Source: Podarcis erhardii (Eukaryota). From it: DNA of 64,000 nucleotides. Positions 26,432 to 36,235 of the stretch are shown one piece after another; positions within the stretch are counted from its first letter, which is position 1; every line of letters starts with the position of its first letter. The notes beneath the pieces were generated by a model. That model had not been told where the DNA came from, searched no databases, and saw only the letters and a program-made list of their open reading frames with translations. The stretch lies in the NCBI GenBank assembly GCA_964252035.1, contig OZ176201.1; one strand, written 5' to 3'. A program made the translations under genes and the position numbers.

Positions 26432-27006
26432 TCACAAACCCAACCAAGACCTCAGCTTGGTTACCACCGCACCAATCCAAGCCTCATTCCCTGAAGCGGA
26501 AAGGTGCATGCCATCGTCCCTAAAAAAGGATGGCCTCTGAAAAAGAATCTCAGGGTGGGAAATCACATCACCTCCAAGCTCCAAAACCTTCTTGCCCACA
26601 GCAGCATTGATGCGTCTTTTGGCTCTTTCGGTAGCGGCCGGGCAGCGACTGCCCCTCCAGATGCAGCGTGGCAAAAGGCTTGACCAAAAGATCTTCGCTG
26701 TGGGCACCATTGCCCGCAGCGTCTCCAGGTCACCCAAAATTGCAACACGTAATGACAAACAGCCCATAGTCACCACATCATTCTCGCCCAGCTGTACCAC
26801 AATAGCAGCTGGCGGCCCCTCCAGGAGCAACTGCCTACGGATACTAGGCAAGAACTCTGACCAACGCATTCCTCGTCTGGAGAGCCAAGACAATCACACG
26901 TGTGGAGGAAGGCCGAGATCTGGACCCCATCCGGATTGCCGTGCTGCGACACTGGCCCAATGGACGATACTGTGCCCCACCATCCAAATGCGGACCACCG
27001 CTAAAC
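26432..27006 (-). pseudogene. SGNH/GDSL-type hydrolase ORF of the element, with one in-frame TGA at 26894-26896
   Basis: Reading through the stop: VRIWMVGHSIVHWA (block I Ser), RRGMRW (II), QLGEND (III), DDGMHLS (V). Confidence 0.85.
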
Positions 27007-27047
27007 CTAATGAAAATGTAAAACAAAAGGAGTGTAAGGCACCAAAG

Positions 27048-27987
27048 TCAGCGAACATAACCTCTGAACGCATTTGATTTCCAGCGACCCAAATCCTTTA
27101 TCCTGGCGGCTGACAAGCCCCAATGGGCAGCTGTTGTGGCCGCCCCTATCCTAAAAGAATGGGGGGCAAAATCTTGGGCTGTGCCGCCACAAGCCATAAT
27201 CGCCTTACGCATCACCTTTGCAAACTGATGTCTTGACAGGGGCAAACCATTCTCATGCCTTAGCAACGGCCCCTCCCCTGGGGTGCGTACCGCCAGGTAT
27301 TTAGTAAGATCCTTCACGGGGCAGGGGCCTGCTTCCCCCGTGGCCGGGAGACGAATGAGGGCCCCCTTACCCCTCTGATCCGTCTTAGAATGTCGAATCG
27401 TGATACGCAATTCCATAGGGGATAGCTGCACATCCTGAATGAGGAGGCCTCTAAAATTGCCATCTCTGTAGACCTCCACGACCAATTCACCCACTCTTAA
27501 TGCTCCAAAAAAATGCAATAGAAAAGGCCACCGTAAAAAGGCGAGCCTCATATCGCGACCAACACACCACCCGCAACTTGTTGCACATCTTGCTCAATAA
27601 ATCAAATGAAATGGGATGCCTATTTTTTGGCTGGGTTGGACAAATCCTACTCCATCCTTCTATGGCTTTGCGAACAACAAACTTCGCACAAGGATCTTTA
27701 TCGTAAAATGTTTTACAGAAAAATGCTATAGCAGCTGCCTGTACCCTAATTGTCTTAGCTGCCTGTCCCAACTGAAATAAGTGCGCCAGGTATCTTAAAA
27801 CCTGCAAAGAAGAAGGTGGGACCCCCTTCAGCACATCAGCAGATTGCCGCATAAAAGCCAAAAAATCATCCCAGGCTTTCAAATACGATCTCATGGTAGA
27901 AGGGGAAACTGAAGCCGCTACTCCCTGAAAAACTAATTGCTGCCAAGGTTCCAGAGATGATCCGGGAAATATTCCGGACGTATCCAC
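27048..27987 (-). pseudogene. Tyrosine recombinase (N-terminal SAM-like domain plus catalytic domain), split by +1 in an A7 run at 27507-27513
   Basis: ALRVGEL, HSKTDQ, HSFRIGAAT, GRWKS, GYVR (R-K-HxxR-W-Y intact); removing one base gives AFSIAFFGALRVGEL. Confidence 0.93.
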
Positions 27988-29942
27988 GCCTCTGGAACCA
28001 GAAGTCTGAACCGCTCCATCTGAAAACGGGACAGAGCATCAGCAATCTCGTTAGACACCCCAGGAATAAAACGTGCCGAAAATACTATATTATAACGTAA
28101 ACAATGCAATACGAAGGACCGCAAGAGGGCCGACACCCTAGAGGAGCGTGACGACAATTTGGCCAGCACGGTCACCACTGCCTGGTTATCGGTCCAGAAG
28201 CAGACACGACGGTTCCTGAACTCCTCGACCCACAAATGCACTGCCACTGCAATGGGAAAAAACTCGAGAAAAGTTAGGTCCCGCGTAATCTCAGCTCCCT
28301 GCCACTCCCTCGGCCAACGCTGTGCACACCAACGGCCCTTCCAATAAAGGCCGAAGCCAAGGGAGCCTGCAGCATCTGACTGCACCTGGAAGTCGTTGTG
28401 CAAGTTCAACGTATCTTGCCACAACGACACCCCGTTGAATTCCTCTAGGAACTCCAGCCAGACGCCGAGATCACCCTTCACCCCATTAGAGAGGCGCACA
28501 CGATGATGAGGGGCCTTCAACCCTGCCGTGAGCCATGCCAAGTGCGAACAAAAGGGGCGCCCAGGAGCCACCACCCTGCACGCAAAGTTCAGGTGTCCCA
28601 AAAGCGATTGTAGCTGCCTAAGAGACACCTTTTTCAGAGGAAGAATTTCCTCTATTATCCCTTTGAGGGCCGCCAGCTTGTCACTTGGCAGGCTTGAAGT
28701 TTGAGAAACCGTATCCAAAAGGATACCCAGATATGTGAGCTGGGTAGACGGCCCTTCCGTCTTATCTGCGGCAAGCGGAACCCCTAGCTCCTGTGTAAGG
28801 TCAGCAAAGGCCTGCAACAGCACCGAGCAGTTGCCAGTGTCAAAAGCCGAGGCCCATAAAAAATCATCCAAATAATGCGTAACTCCGCCCAGTCCAGTCT
28901 TGGACTTGAGGGCCCATTCCAAAAAAGTGCTAAAGGATTTGAAAGCGGCACACGCGATTGAACAGCCCATAGGCATGGCTTTGTCAAAATAGTATTTGCC
29001 CTCAAACTGAAAACCTAAGAGCCAAAAATCATCGGGATGAATTGGCAAAAGGCGAAATGCCGATTCAACGTCACATTTTGCCAATAAAGCCGCATGGCCG
29101 AAGTGCCGAATCATCTTGATCGCCTGATCAAGAGAGGCGTATCGTACCGAGCACAGCTCTGGAGGAATAACATCATTGACCGATGTACCCCTGGGATGGG
29201 ACAAATTATGAATCAAACGAAATTCACCTGGGGCCTTCTTTGGCACGATACCCAAAGGGGAAACGTGCAAATTGGGAAATGGGGGAGTAGCAAACGGACC
29301 AGCCATGCGCTGCAAAGCCACTTCCTTCGCTATCTTCTTCCGAGCAACCAAAGGTAGCTCCCGAACTGATTTTTGGTTAGCTGGATTCCGTGCCACGGGT
29401 GGCGTGGCCACCGGAATCCGAAAACCAAAAGAAAAACCATCACTCAAATAACCCGCAGCCGCCCTATCAGGGTAAGACTGCAACCACCATTGAAGGGCCT
29501 GTAACTTAACAGGAGTATGGGCCATTGAAGTGAGTACACTATTTTCCTGTACCTGGAGCAGGCGTGGGAGGAGCTGACTTGGGGGGTTGCTGGGAACCCC
29601 CCCTTCCACCTCGAAAGGGCCGCCGACCGCCAAAACAAGAGGAGGCAGCATGCACACCATTGCACCTTTCACACCGGTGCGCGTACTTGCACCCTTGACG
29701 CTGACAGGACCCTTTATTGAAATCCCAGCAAAACAGGCGACGCCCAGGTTTAAAACCTCCTGAACTCGGCTTTGCCTGCTCCTGCGTCTTTTTGTCGATG
29801 AGCGGGGCCACGTAAGTGGTCCACACATCAAGATCTTTACGATCCCAACGGGCTGAGGGGATCTTGGCCGCGCGGCACCTGAAGTTCTCATCATATTTGA
29901 TCGCGGCCTTCTCACCAGCTTTGGTGAAGGCAGAGCGAACAA
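27933..29942 (-). CDS. Reverse transcriptase/RNase H of the YR retrotransposon (open frame; conserved part starts near ATG 29525)
   Basis: SPLGIVPKK, FRLIHNLS, DVESAFRLLP, PMGCS, YLDDF; RNase H SDAAG, FLEFFP, TDNQAV, ADALSR. Confidence 0.93.
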   Translation of the reverse strand: MFALPSPKLVRRPRSNMMRTSGAARPRSPQPVGIVKILMCGPLTWPRSSTKRRRSRQSRVQEVLNLGVACFAGISIKGPVSVKGASTRTGVKGAMVCMLPPLVLAVGGPFEVEGGVPSNPPSQLLPRLLQVQENSVLTSMAHTPVKLQALQWWLQSYPDRAAAGYLSDGFSFGFRIPVATPPVARNPANQKSVRELPLVARKKIAKEVALQRMAGPFATPPFPNLHVSPLGIVPKKAPGEFRLIHNLSHPRGTSVNDVIPPELCSVRYASLDQAIKMIRHFGHAALLAKCDVESAFRLLPIHPDDFWLLGFQFEGKYYFDKAMPMGCSIACAAFKSFSTFLEWALKSKTGLGGVTHYLDDFLWASAFDTGNCSVLLQAFADLTQELGVPLAADKTEGPSTQLTYLGILLDTVSQTSSLPSDKLAALKGIIEEILPLKKVSLRQLQSLLGHLNFACRVVAPGRPFCSHLAWLTAGLKAPHHRVRLSNGVKGDLGVWLEFLEEFNGVSLWQDTLNLHNDFQVQSDAAGSLGFGLYWKGRWCAQRWPREWQGAEITRDLTFLEFFPIAVAVHLWVEEFRNRRVCFWTDNQAVVTVLAKLSSRSSRVSALLRSFVLHCLRYNIVFSARFIPGVSNEIADALSRFQMERFRLLVPEAWIRPEYFPDHLWNLGSN

Positions 29943-31061
29943 TAGATAGATAAACGATCAAGTGGAGAGATCTCCGAGGATAAGCCGCCGTGACTACGCC
30001 AGCAAATACTTGGAAACCATCAAGCCAGTTTTCGAATGTCCTGTCTATGGAGAAAGAGGCAGAATGCTTCTTGGAAGAGTTCCCTTTCTCCTGATCCTCA
30101 GAAGGCGGGACAAGTTTAAACATGTCAACGTAACGACTGTTCAATATCCTGGACCGTAGTTTAGATGCCAAGTGCGTACCTGGAATGATGTCTCGAGCCG
30201 AATTAGTAGATACCTTGACATCAGGTACCAAGACACCATCCCTGCACTCCTGTACCGCACCATACTTAGCCCTGTGTGTGTTGGCCCTTCGTTCCCAAGC
30301 CCACCGTGGGAGCCCAGAGGCCGTTTCTCCAAAGCCCCAGTAAAGTTCATTCGAATTACCTGACTCATCGTCAGAATCCGAAGACGACGTACCTGTATAT
30401 GAAGAAGAAGTATCGTCCCTCCTTCGCTTTGCGCGCTTCCAGGAAGACCTCCTGCGGCGACGCTTCCCGCCTGAGGACCTCTTGGCAGGAACAGGTAAGC
30501 TGTCCTCAATAGAAGACTCAGAGTCAGGATTCGGCAGAACCACAGCTGGAGCTGATGGAGAAGAAACGACACGTGAGGGCCAGGAACCGACACAACCTCA
30601 TCAGGAGGTTGGGCAATCCTGCCCCGGCGGTTGGAAGATATCGAGGGGTTCCCCCTCGCCAAGGTCCTTCTCGACGCAAGGCTTGACCTCCGCAAGCGGC
30701 CACGAGCGACAGGTAAGTAATGGGGCTGGGCTGCCTGTGACTCAACTCCCACACCCCCAGCCAATAACCCTTCTCTCTCATTTTCGCTAGATGCGGATGA
30801 CACTGGGGAAGATGCCCCCACTGGATGAAAACGGCTTGCAGACGTGGAAGGCTGACTGGCGCATTGCTGAAGAAAGCTGTCCAGATCCTCAGCGAAACGA
30901 GACAAGGCTGCTGGATCACCGGCCATGCTTGCCACCAAGGATTGAACCCGCCCCAGCGGCTGGCTTGGGGTTGGTGAACGCAGCGCCTGTGATGGACCTC
31001 TAATAGGCCGCTTTGCAGTGGTTGAAGAGGCAGGACGAGCTGCGACTTTCTTTGGAGCCAT
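29539..31061 (-). pseudogene. Gag-like ORF1 with C-terminal zinc finger, frameshifted near 30540-30597
   Basis: ATG 31061 (MAPKK) frame joins ORF 29539-30543; C-x7-C-x4-C-x3-H plus C-x2-C-x3-H-x4-C (CWDFNKGSCQRQGCKYAHRCERCNGVHAASSC). Confidence 0.85.
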
Positions 31062-31811
31062 ACCTGCTAGTTCAAAACAAATGAAAAGTCAATAAAATTC
31101 CACCAATCAAACCAGAAATATAAAACACCAAAGGAATTAACAATGTCTGGCACACGCCTTTTTCCAAAGCACCACTAATATTCCAACTAGCAGACTGACG
31201 CAGAACCAAATTAAATCAGAATGCGTCAAACAAAACAAACTAAAAAACAAAACCACTTCGGTTGGGATCAAGGAGCAAATCAAATTCAATTAAATGATTC
31301 CCTTCCTGTTGTAGAATCAAAGCCCCCCCCCCTCAGGCCGGGGGCGGTGGATGCAGACAATGCAAGCCCAAGGGCTCAGATAGTACCCACCAGTAAACAG
31401 ATTAAGGCGCTAGAAAAGAAAATTAAACTATGAATTAATAACGCGTGCACCACTAGATCACCACCCTGAAAGCCTTAAATTAAAGGAAACTGCAATGCGT
31501 GGGCACAGAGGGAGATGTACACTAAATAAGGCCCTGGGCAGGACTCACCAGCGAGCCGCAGTAACCACTAGTGAACACAAGAGGGCCAGCTAGAACCAGA
31601 AAGCAAAATTGCTGATCCAAAATGGCGGCCAATGAATCAGCACCTCCTATGCTGACTAACACAGGCCGCGACAAGGCCTCAAAGGCCTACTGAGGCCTCG
31701 ATTACGTTGGCGAGGCTGGTGGGAAACGCCGTTGCCCCGCCAACAATCCTAGGAGCCGGGCGAAACGATGCGCCCCCCCGCGCTCCCCCGCGCTCCCCTC
31801 CCCACCCACCA

Positions 31812-32043
31812 GGTGCTCCACGGGGCGGGAGGAGCCGCAACGACCCCCAGATGCTGGGCCGCGAACGCGCCCAGCGGAGCCGGAAGGCGAAAGGGCCCCG
31901 GCGCGCCTCGCGCCTATAGGCTGCGGTGCTCTACGGGGCGGGAGGAGCAGCAACGATCCTCAGATGCTGGGCCGCGAACGCGCCCAGTGGAGCCGGAAGG
32001 CGAAAGGGGCCCCGGCGCGCCTCGCGCCTATAGGCCGCGGTGC
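31812..32043. repeat. Two-copy 113/114-bp GC-rich tandem duplication in the element leader
   Basis: Units 31812-31924 and 31925-32038, then a partial ggtgc; few substitutions. Confidence 0.95.
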
Positions 32044-32559
32044 GACAAGAAAGAGGATCGGCCCGCTCCCGGCCCAAGCAAACCGCCGCCGCTCGCGCCC
32101 CGCAAGGAAACCAGGGCCCACTCTGCTGCCGGACCCGGCCCAAGGGAGCAGGTAGGGTAGGGGAGGAGACCCGGCAGCTCCGCAGCTGCGGAGCCGCGAT
32201 TAAAACCGTGCAAGAGGGGAGATGGGGGGGCCGCGCCCACGCGGCGCGATGTCGCAAGGTTGCTCCCAGGCCTCCCCCGGGCTGGGGAGGGGGGGGCCGC
32301 CGACAGCCCCTTAGCTACTGCCGATTAAATTACCGAAGATAAATGAAACAGTTTGGGAATAGGGAAAAGAAAGGGGGGGTGGAACCGAAGAAAATGAAAG
32401 AAAGGGGGGGTAACAGAAGCTAGGTAATAAAAAAGGGGGTAGGAAAAGATGATTAAATCAGAAGAATTGAGAATATAGCCAGCAATACAACCGTCTCCAG
32501 GCACAGCTGTTCCTTGATCCGGTCCAAAATGGCCAAGAGAACGTCCCACGTCTGTCCCT

Positions 32560-32594
32560 AGTATTTAAATACTCTGACCCCTCCTCCAAATTGG
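32560..32594 (-). promoter_or_regulatory. Putative element promoter (palindromic TATA-like box with upstream CCAAT)
   Basis: 14-bp palindrome AGTATTTAAATACT at 32560-32573; CCAAT on the minus strand at 32590-32594; position upstream of the leader. Confidence 0.45.
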
Positions 32595-35202
32595 CAACAA
32601 TCAAGTTCCCCCAGCAACCCAATTTAACCATTTAACTGCTTGGGTACTCCATCCAAAATTTGCCTAGTCACTCCAGGGTGGCCTGTTTTTCCCAACCGCA
32701 ACACGTGTTCTCTGCTATGGAGAACACGCTTTATACTGCAACTTCAATATATATGGTGTTTTACTAAGTCTTTTTTGTTGGAAAAAAGGGAACTTCTTTT
32801 CCCCAAAGATATTATAATCTGAAAATGACTGAGAGTGCAGGGGACAGAAGGAGTGCAGGTTTCGGATTAATAGGGAATTTGTGTGGACAGTGTCATTACG
32901 TTGTTTAGTCAGCTAGATGGGACTGGACTTGGCTGTATCTAGATGGAAACAGGAGTACCCTGATAGAGAGAGATTAGCTCTGTACCTGTATTAACTCTTG
33001 CACAGGGCATAAAAGAACAATAGAAGCCAATTCAGATACCTGTACCTAACAGTTGTAGGCTTAAAACCAAGCTAGCCCATTTTGAGGCCTACTTAGAAAT
33101 AAGTCCCACTGACTCACATAAGAGGAGAGATTCACAAAGATTAAACACTAGTACACTACCCCTTAAGTGTGTTATGTTTGCTTCATGCTGCGGCTTTTCA
33201 GGTTATGAATGTGGCAAACCCAGGAGTGTTTACTTCGCGCATGCACAGAAGCGCTCTATCGCGCACACACAGTAGTGGCACTCTACTTACGGACTTTTGG
33301 GGTGCGAACAGCACTCCAAAATGCATCATGTTCGAAAGTAGAGGTACCACTGTATAATTCTTTTCTGTGAACATAGTCATACATTCCAAACAAGCATCGT
33401 TTTCTGTGTGTGATAATGTTGGTACTGTGGCTGTAAACACTCCATATGATTGAAAGCCTATTTAAAACACGCGACTGCCACCAGAGAATCCTAGTGTAAG
33501 CCTCCCCCCAAAAGGAATTGTAGTTTACCCCTCACAGAGCTACAATTCCTAATGCTCTTCTCAAACTACAGTTCCCAGAATGCTTGTGGAGAAGTTATGG
33601 GCTTTAAATGCATGCTGTGTACACAACTTGTGGTTTTTACCAACACAGATTCACAATCAAACCATTATCTTGCCCAACATCCCACACCTCCCTTCTTACA
33701 GCCCCCATCTCTTCAATTTGTGGCCACCCTTTCACACTTTTTCTCTTGGGGCCCGTATTTGTGTTCTGTAAATAAAGCAATTGTAGGAATGCTGGGATTT
33801 CCCCCACCCCTCTAAGCACACATTTTGTTTTGATAAACTACAGTGTTTTGTCTGCAGAAAAGTATTAACCGCTTACATCTATTTTCTCAAAGACCATGCA
33901 TGAATATTAAAAGGGATTTATTCCTACAGTGGCTTCGGGCAGTTGAGTAATCCATTATATGCTGTCATATCACACTGTGGTAATGTGAAAAGCTGGGAGT
34001 CCCTCCAGTAATCTTGATTAGCAATATGGGGACCATTTTTATTTTTTATTTTTTTTTAGCTGTAAACACATTTTCCTCCCCAGTGTGCTGAGTTCACATT
34101 AAAAATTATGATGTGGCTCTTAATCCATTGTTTTGTTTTAATTACAATAATGGTAACAATAATTGTTATTTCTTTTTTAAGATAATAATTGCTAATAAGT
34201 GCATTTCCTGCTGCTAAAAGATGCCAAGTTACATTTAATCAATTAATGAATTAATTTTGGTGAGTAATATGAGCCTCTCCTAGGCTCATGTATATTTCAG
34301 TCCTATACAAACCCATGTAAAACTTTCCTTCTTAATCCATGTTAACAATTAACACATTTCCAGACAATCAAGCATCAAAGCAGAGCAGAAGCTTGGCATG
34401 CCACCCACAATTTCCAGCCACAGTAAGGCGATTCAACCCACACTGAGGAGTGAAATTTCAGCCCTTGTTCCCGGTAAAAAGGGTTGCTCGTGTTCTGGCT
34501 GGAATCTCTATAGTCCCCCTTTTTTGTTCAACGGATCCCAAAGGCTGATTTGCCTTTTAACAGGTACAGGTCCAGGTCCAGGGTGGGTGGGGGAAGAAAC
34601 CACCAACAGATGAAACACCGCCCCCCACTCAAGTAAGATGCAGTTATAGAGAAAAGAAGTTTCACACACTGATTTCCTTTGCTAGTTATGAAAAATGCAC
34701 TTGGGACATTTTCTTCTCTCTACAGAGTTAAGATGCAGTCAATAGCTACACACTCATGACATCATATTGCAGAGAAGGAAGACATTGTGTGAACTGTGAA
34801 AGTGAAAAATGGTCATAGATAATTTTATATCCACAGAAAATGGTCCTAAATTACATGTAAATAAAGAAAATAATATTACTTGATGTTGTCAGAATTTTCA
34901 TATGAAGAAGTCTTAGCAAGTCTCTCAGCACTCCCCTTGAGCAGGATGATGGCAATCCCTGCAGCGCAAACTTTTAAGATGTCAAAAGAACGCTACAGAA
35001 ACTTTTTATTAATGCAACTATTCATCAGGAGTTATTGATTTTTGTTTTGCTTTGTAAAGTTTTCCCCACAGTATTATTATTAAAACGTTCTAGCTGCAGA
35101 TTGCATTTTTGTCTAGTTATTGATCCTTGTATTATCTACTCTGAAGAGACCTTCATGTACTTTGATAGATGGAAGGGAAAAGCTGATTATGTTTCCTTAC
35201 AG

Positions 35203-35345
35203 TAGGGATGGGGAAGTTGTGGCCCTCCAGATGTTCTTGGACTACAACTCTCTTCATCCCTGGCTATCAGCCACGCTGGCTAGGGCTGATGGGAGTTGGA
35301 GTCCAACAATATATAGAGGGCTCCAGGTTTCTCACCGCTCCCCTA
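35203..35345. mobile_element. Palindromic hAT-like MITE
   Basis: Core ccagatgt..ggactacaact..catcc..gatgggagttggagtcc..gagggc shared with 55221-55349. Confidence 0.65.
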
Positions 35346-36029
35346 CAGTCTGTTAGTTACTTTGCCCTCTGTACCACGATGGTCTATCTTGGCCAGCATT
35401 GTCTATCCTGACTTACTGTTAAGTTACACTTCCTCCCGTAATCAATGTTTTATGCCCTGGGCTTTCCTAGTGGGTTGTCATTACAAAGAGTTCATAGAAT
35501 TGCAGAATCTGCCATATTTGCCGTATTCTTGATACAACAAGTAAAAATATTAAAATATCTATTGTCTTAACAGTCTTATTAGAGCGAAAAGTTAACATAA
35601 CGAGAGAAAGCTAACACAGCTGTAGGGTAAAAAAATTTCTTCCCATATAGTATTAGTTTTTCCCACCCCAAATTTGTATTGTTGGGCAGCTCCACCATAG
35701 GTGGTGGTATGCCCCACTATGAATGCAACCTCTCTAATGCATTGGCTCTGTTTCAGAAGTTATGTGGAACTATTGTATTTGTGTCTATACCACCTAGCTA
35801 TTACCTTAATAGAAATTTCCCTAACACACACTGAGATGGATTTCATTGGCTTGGCTGTGCAGAGAGACTTTCAGTCTTGTTCCGTTATGTTGTGACCAAA
35901 GTCCATGGCTCAACCCTTCCTCAACCCTTCCAGGGAGCCCTCCATATTTCCATCAAGTTCTCTATTTATTAAATATACCATTCCCTTATAGGTTGTGTCA
36001 ACAAACTCTCAAACCACATTAGAGGCCTA

Positions 36030-36235
36030 TGCACTTGCATTTTCTCCACCTCCACCACTTTGAGAAAAGCCTGACAAAAGCCTTCAGCTGTTGCTGAAAT
36101 GAATTCACTGTAAAGGCAAGATGCACATCAGTGGGGAGATTATTCCACAGCCACAGAGCCACTACCAAATAGGCTCTTCCATGGGCCTCTGCATTACACA
36201 TCTTATTCAGAGCACGGACCACCAAGAGAGCTTCA
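36030..36235 (-). mobile_element. Degenerate L2 LINE ORF2 C-terminal fragment
   Basis: RAYLVVALWLWNNLP...FQQQLKAF matches the L2 end motif. Confidence 0.6.

Larger units (their letters stand above)
25983..32729 (-). mobile_element. Tyrosine-recombinase retrotransposon, Ngaro-like (gag, RT/RNase H, YR, SGNH hydrolase)
   Basis: ORF order and catalytic motifs; no methyltransferase after RNase H; poly(A) signal at 26075-26080; CpG-rich relative to flanks. Exact ends are inferred. Confidence 0.92.

Noticed and set aside
26563-30790. Plus-strand and alternate-frame ORFs over the YR element
   Set aside because: Shadow frames of GC-rich coding sequence without recognisable motifs.
31640-32342. CpG island as a host gene promoter, and its GC-rich ORFs as proteins
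   Set aside because: It lies inside the retrotransposon leader; the ORFs are low-complexity products of GC content and the tandem duplication.
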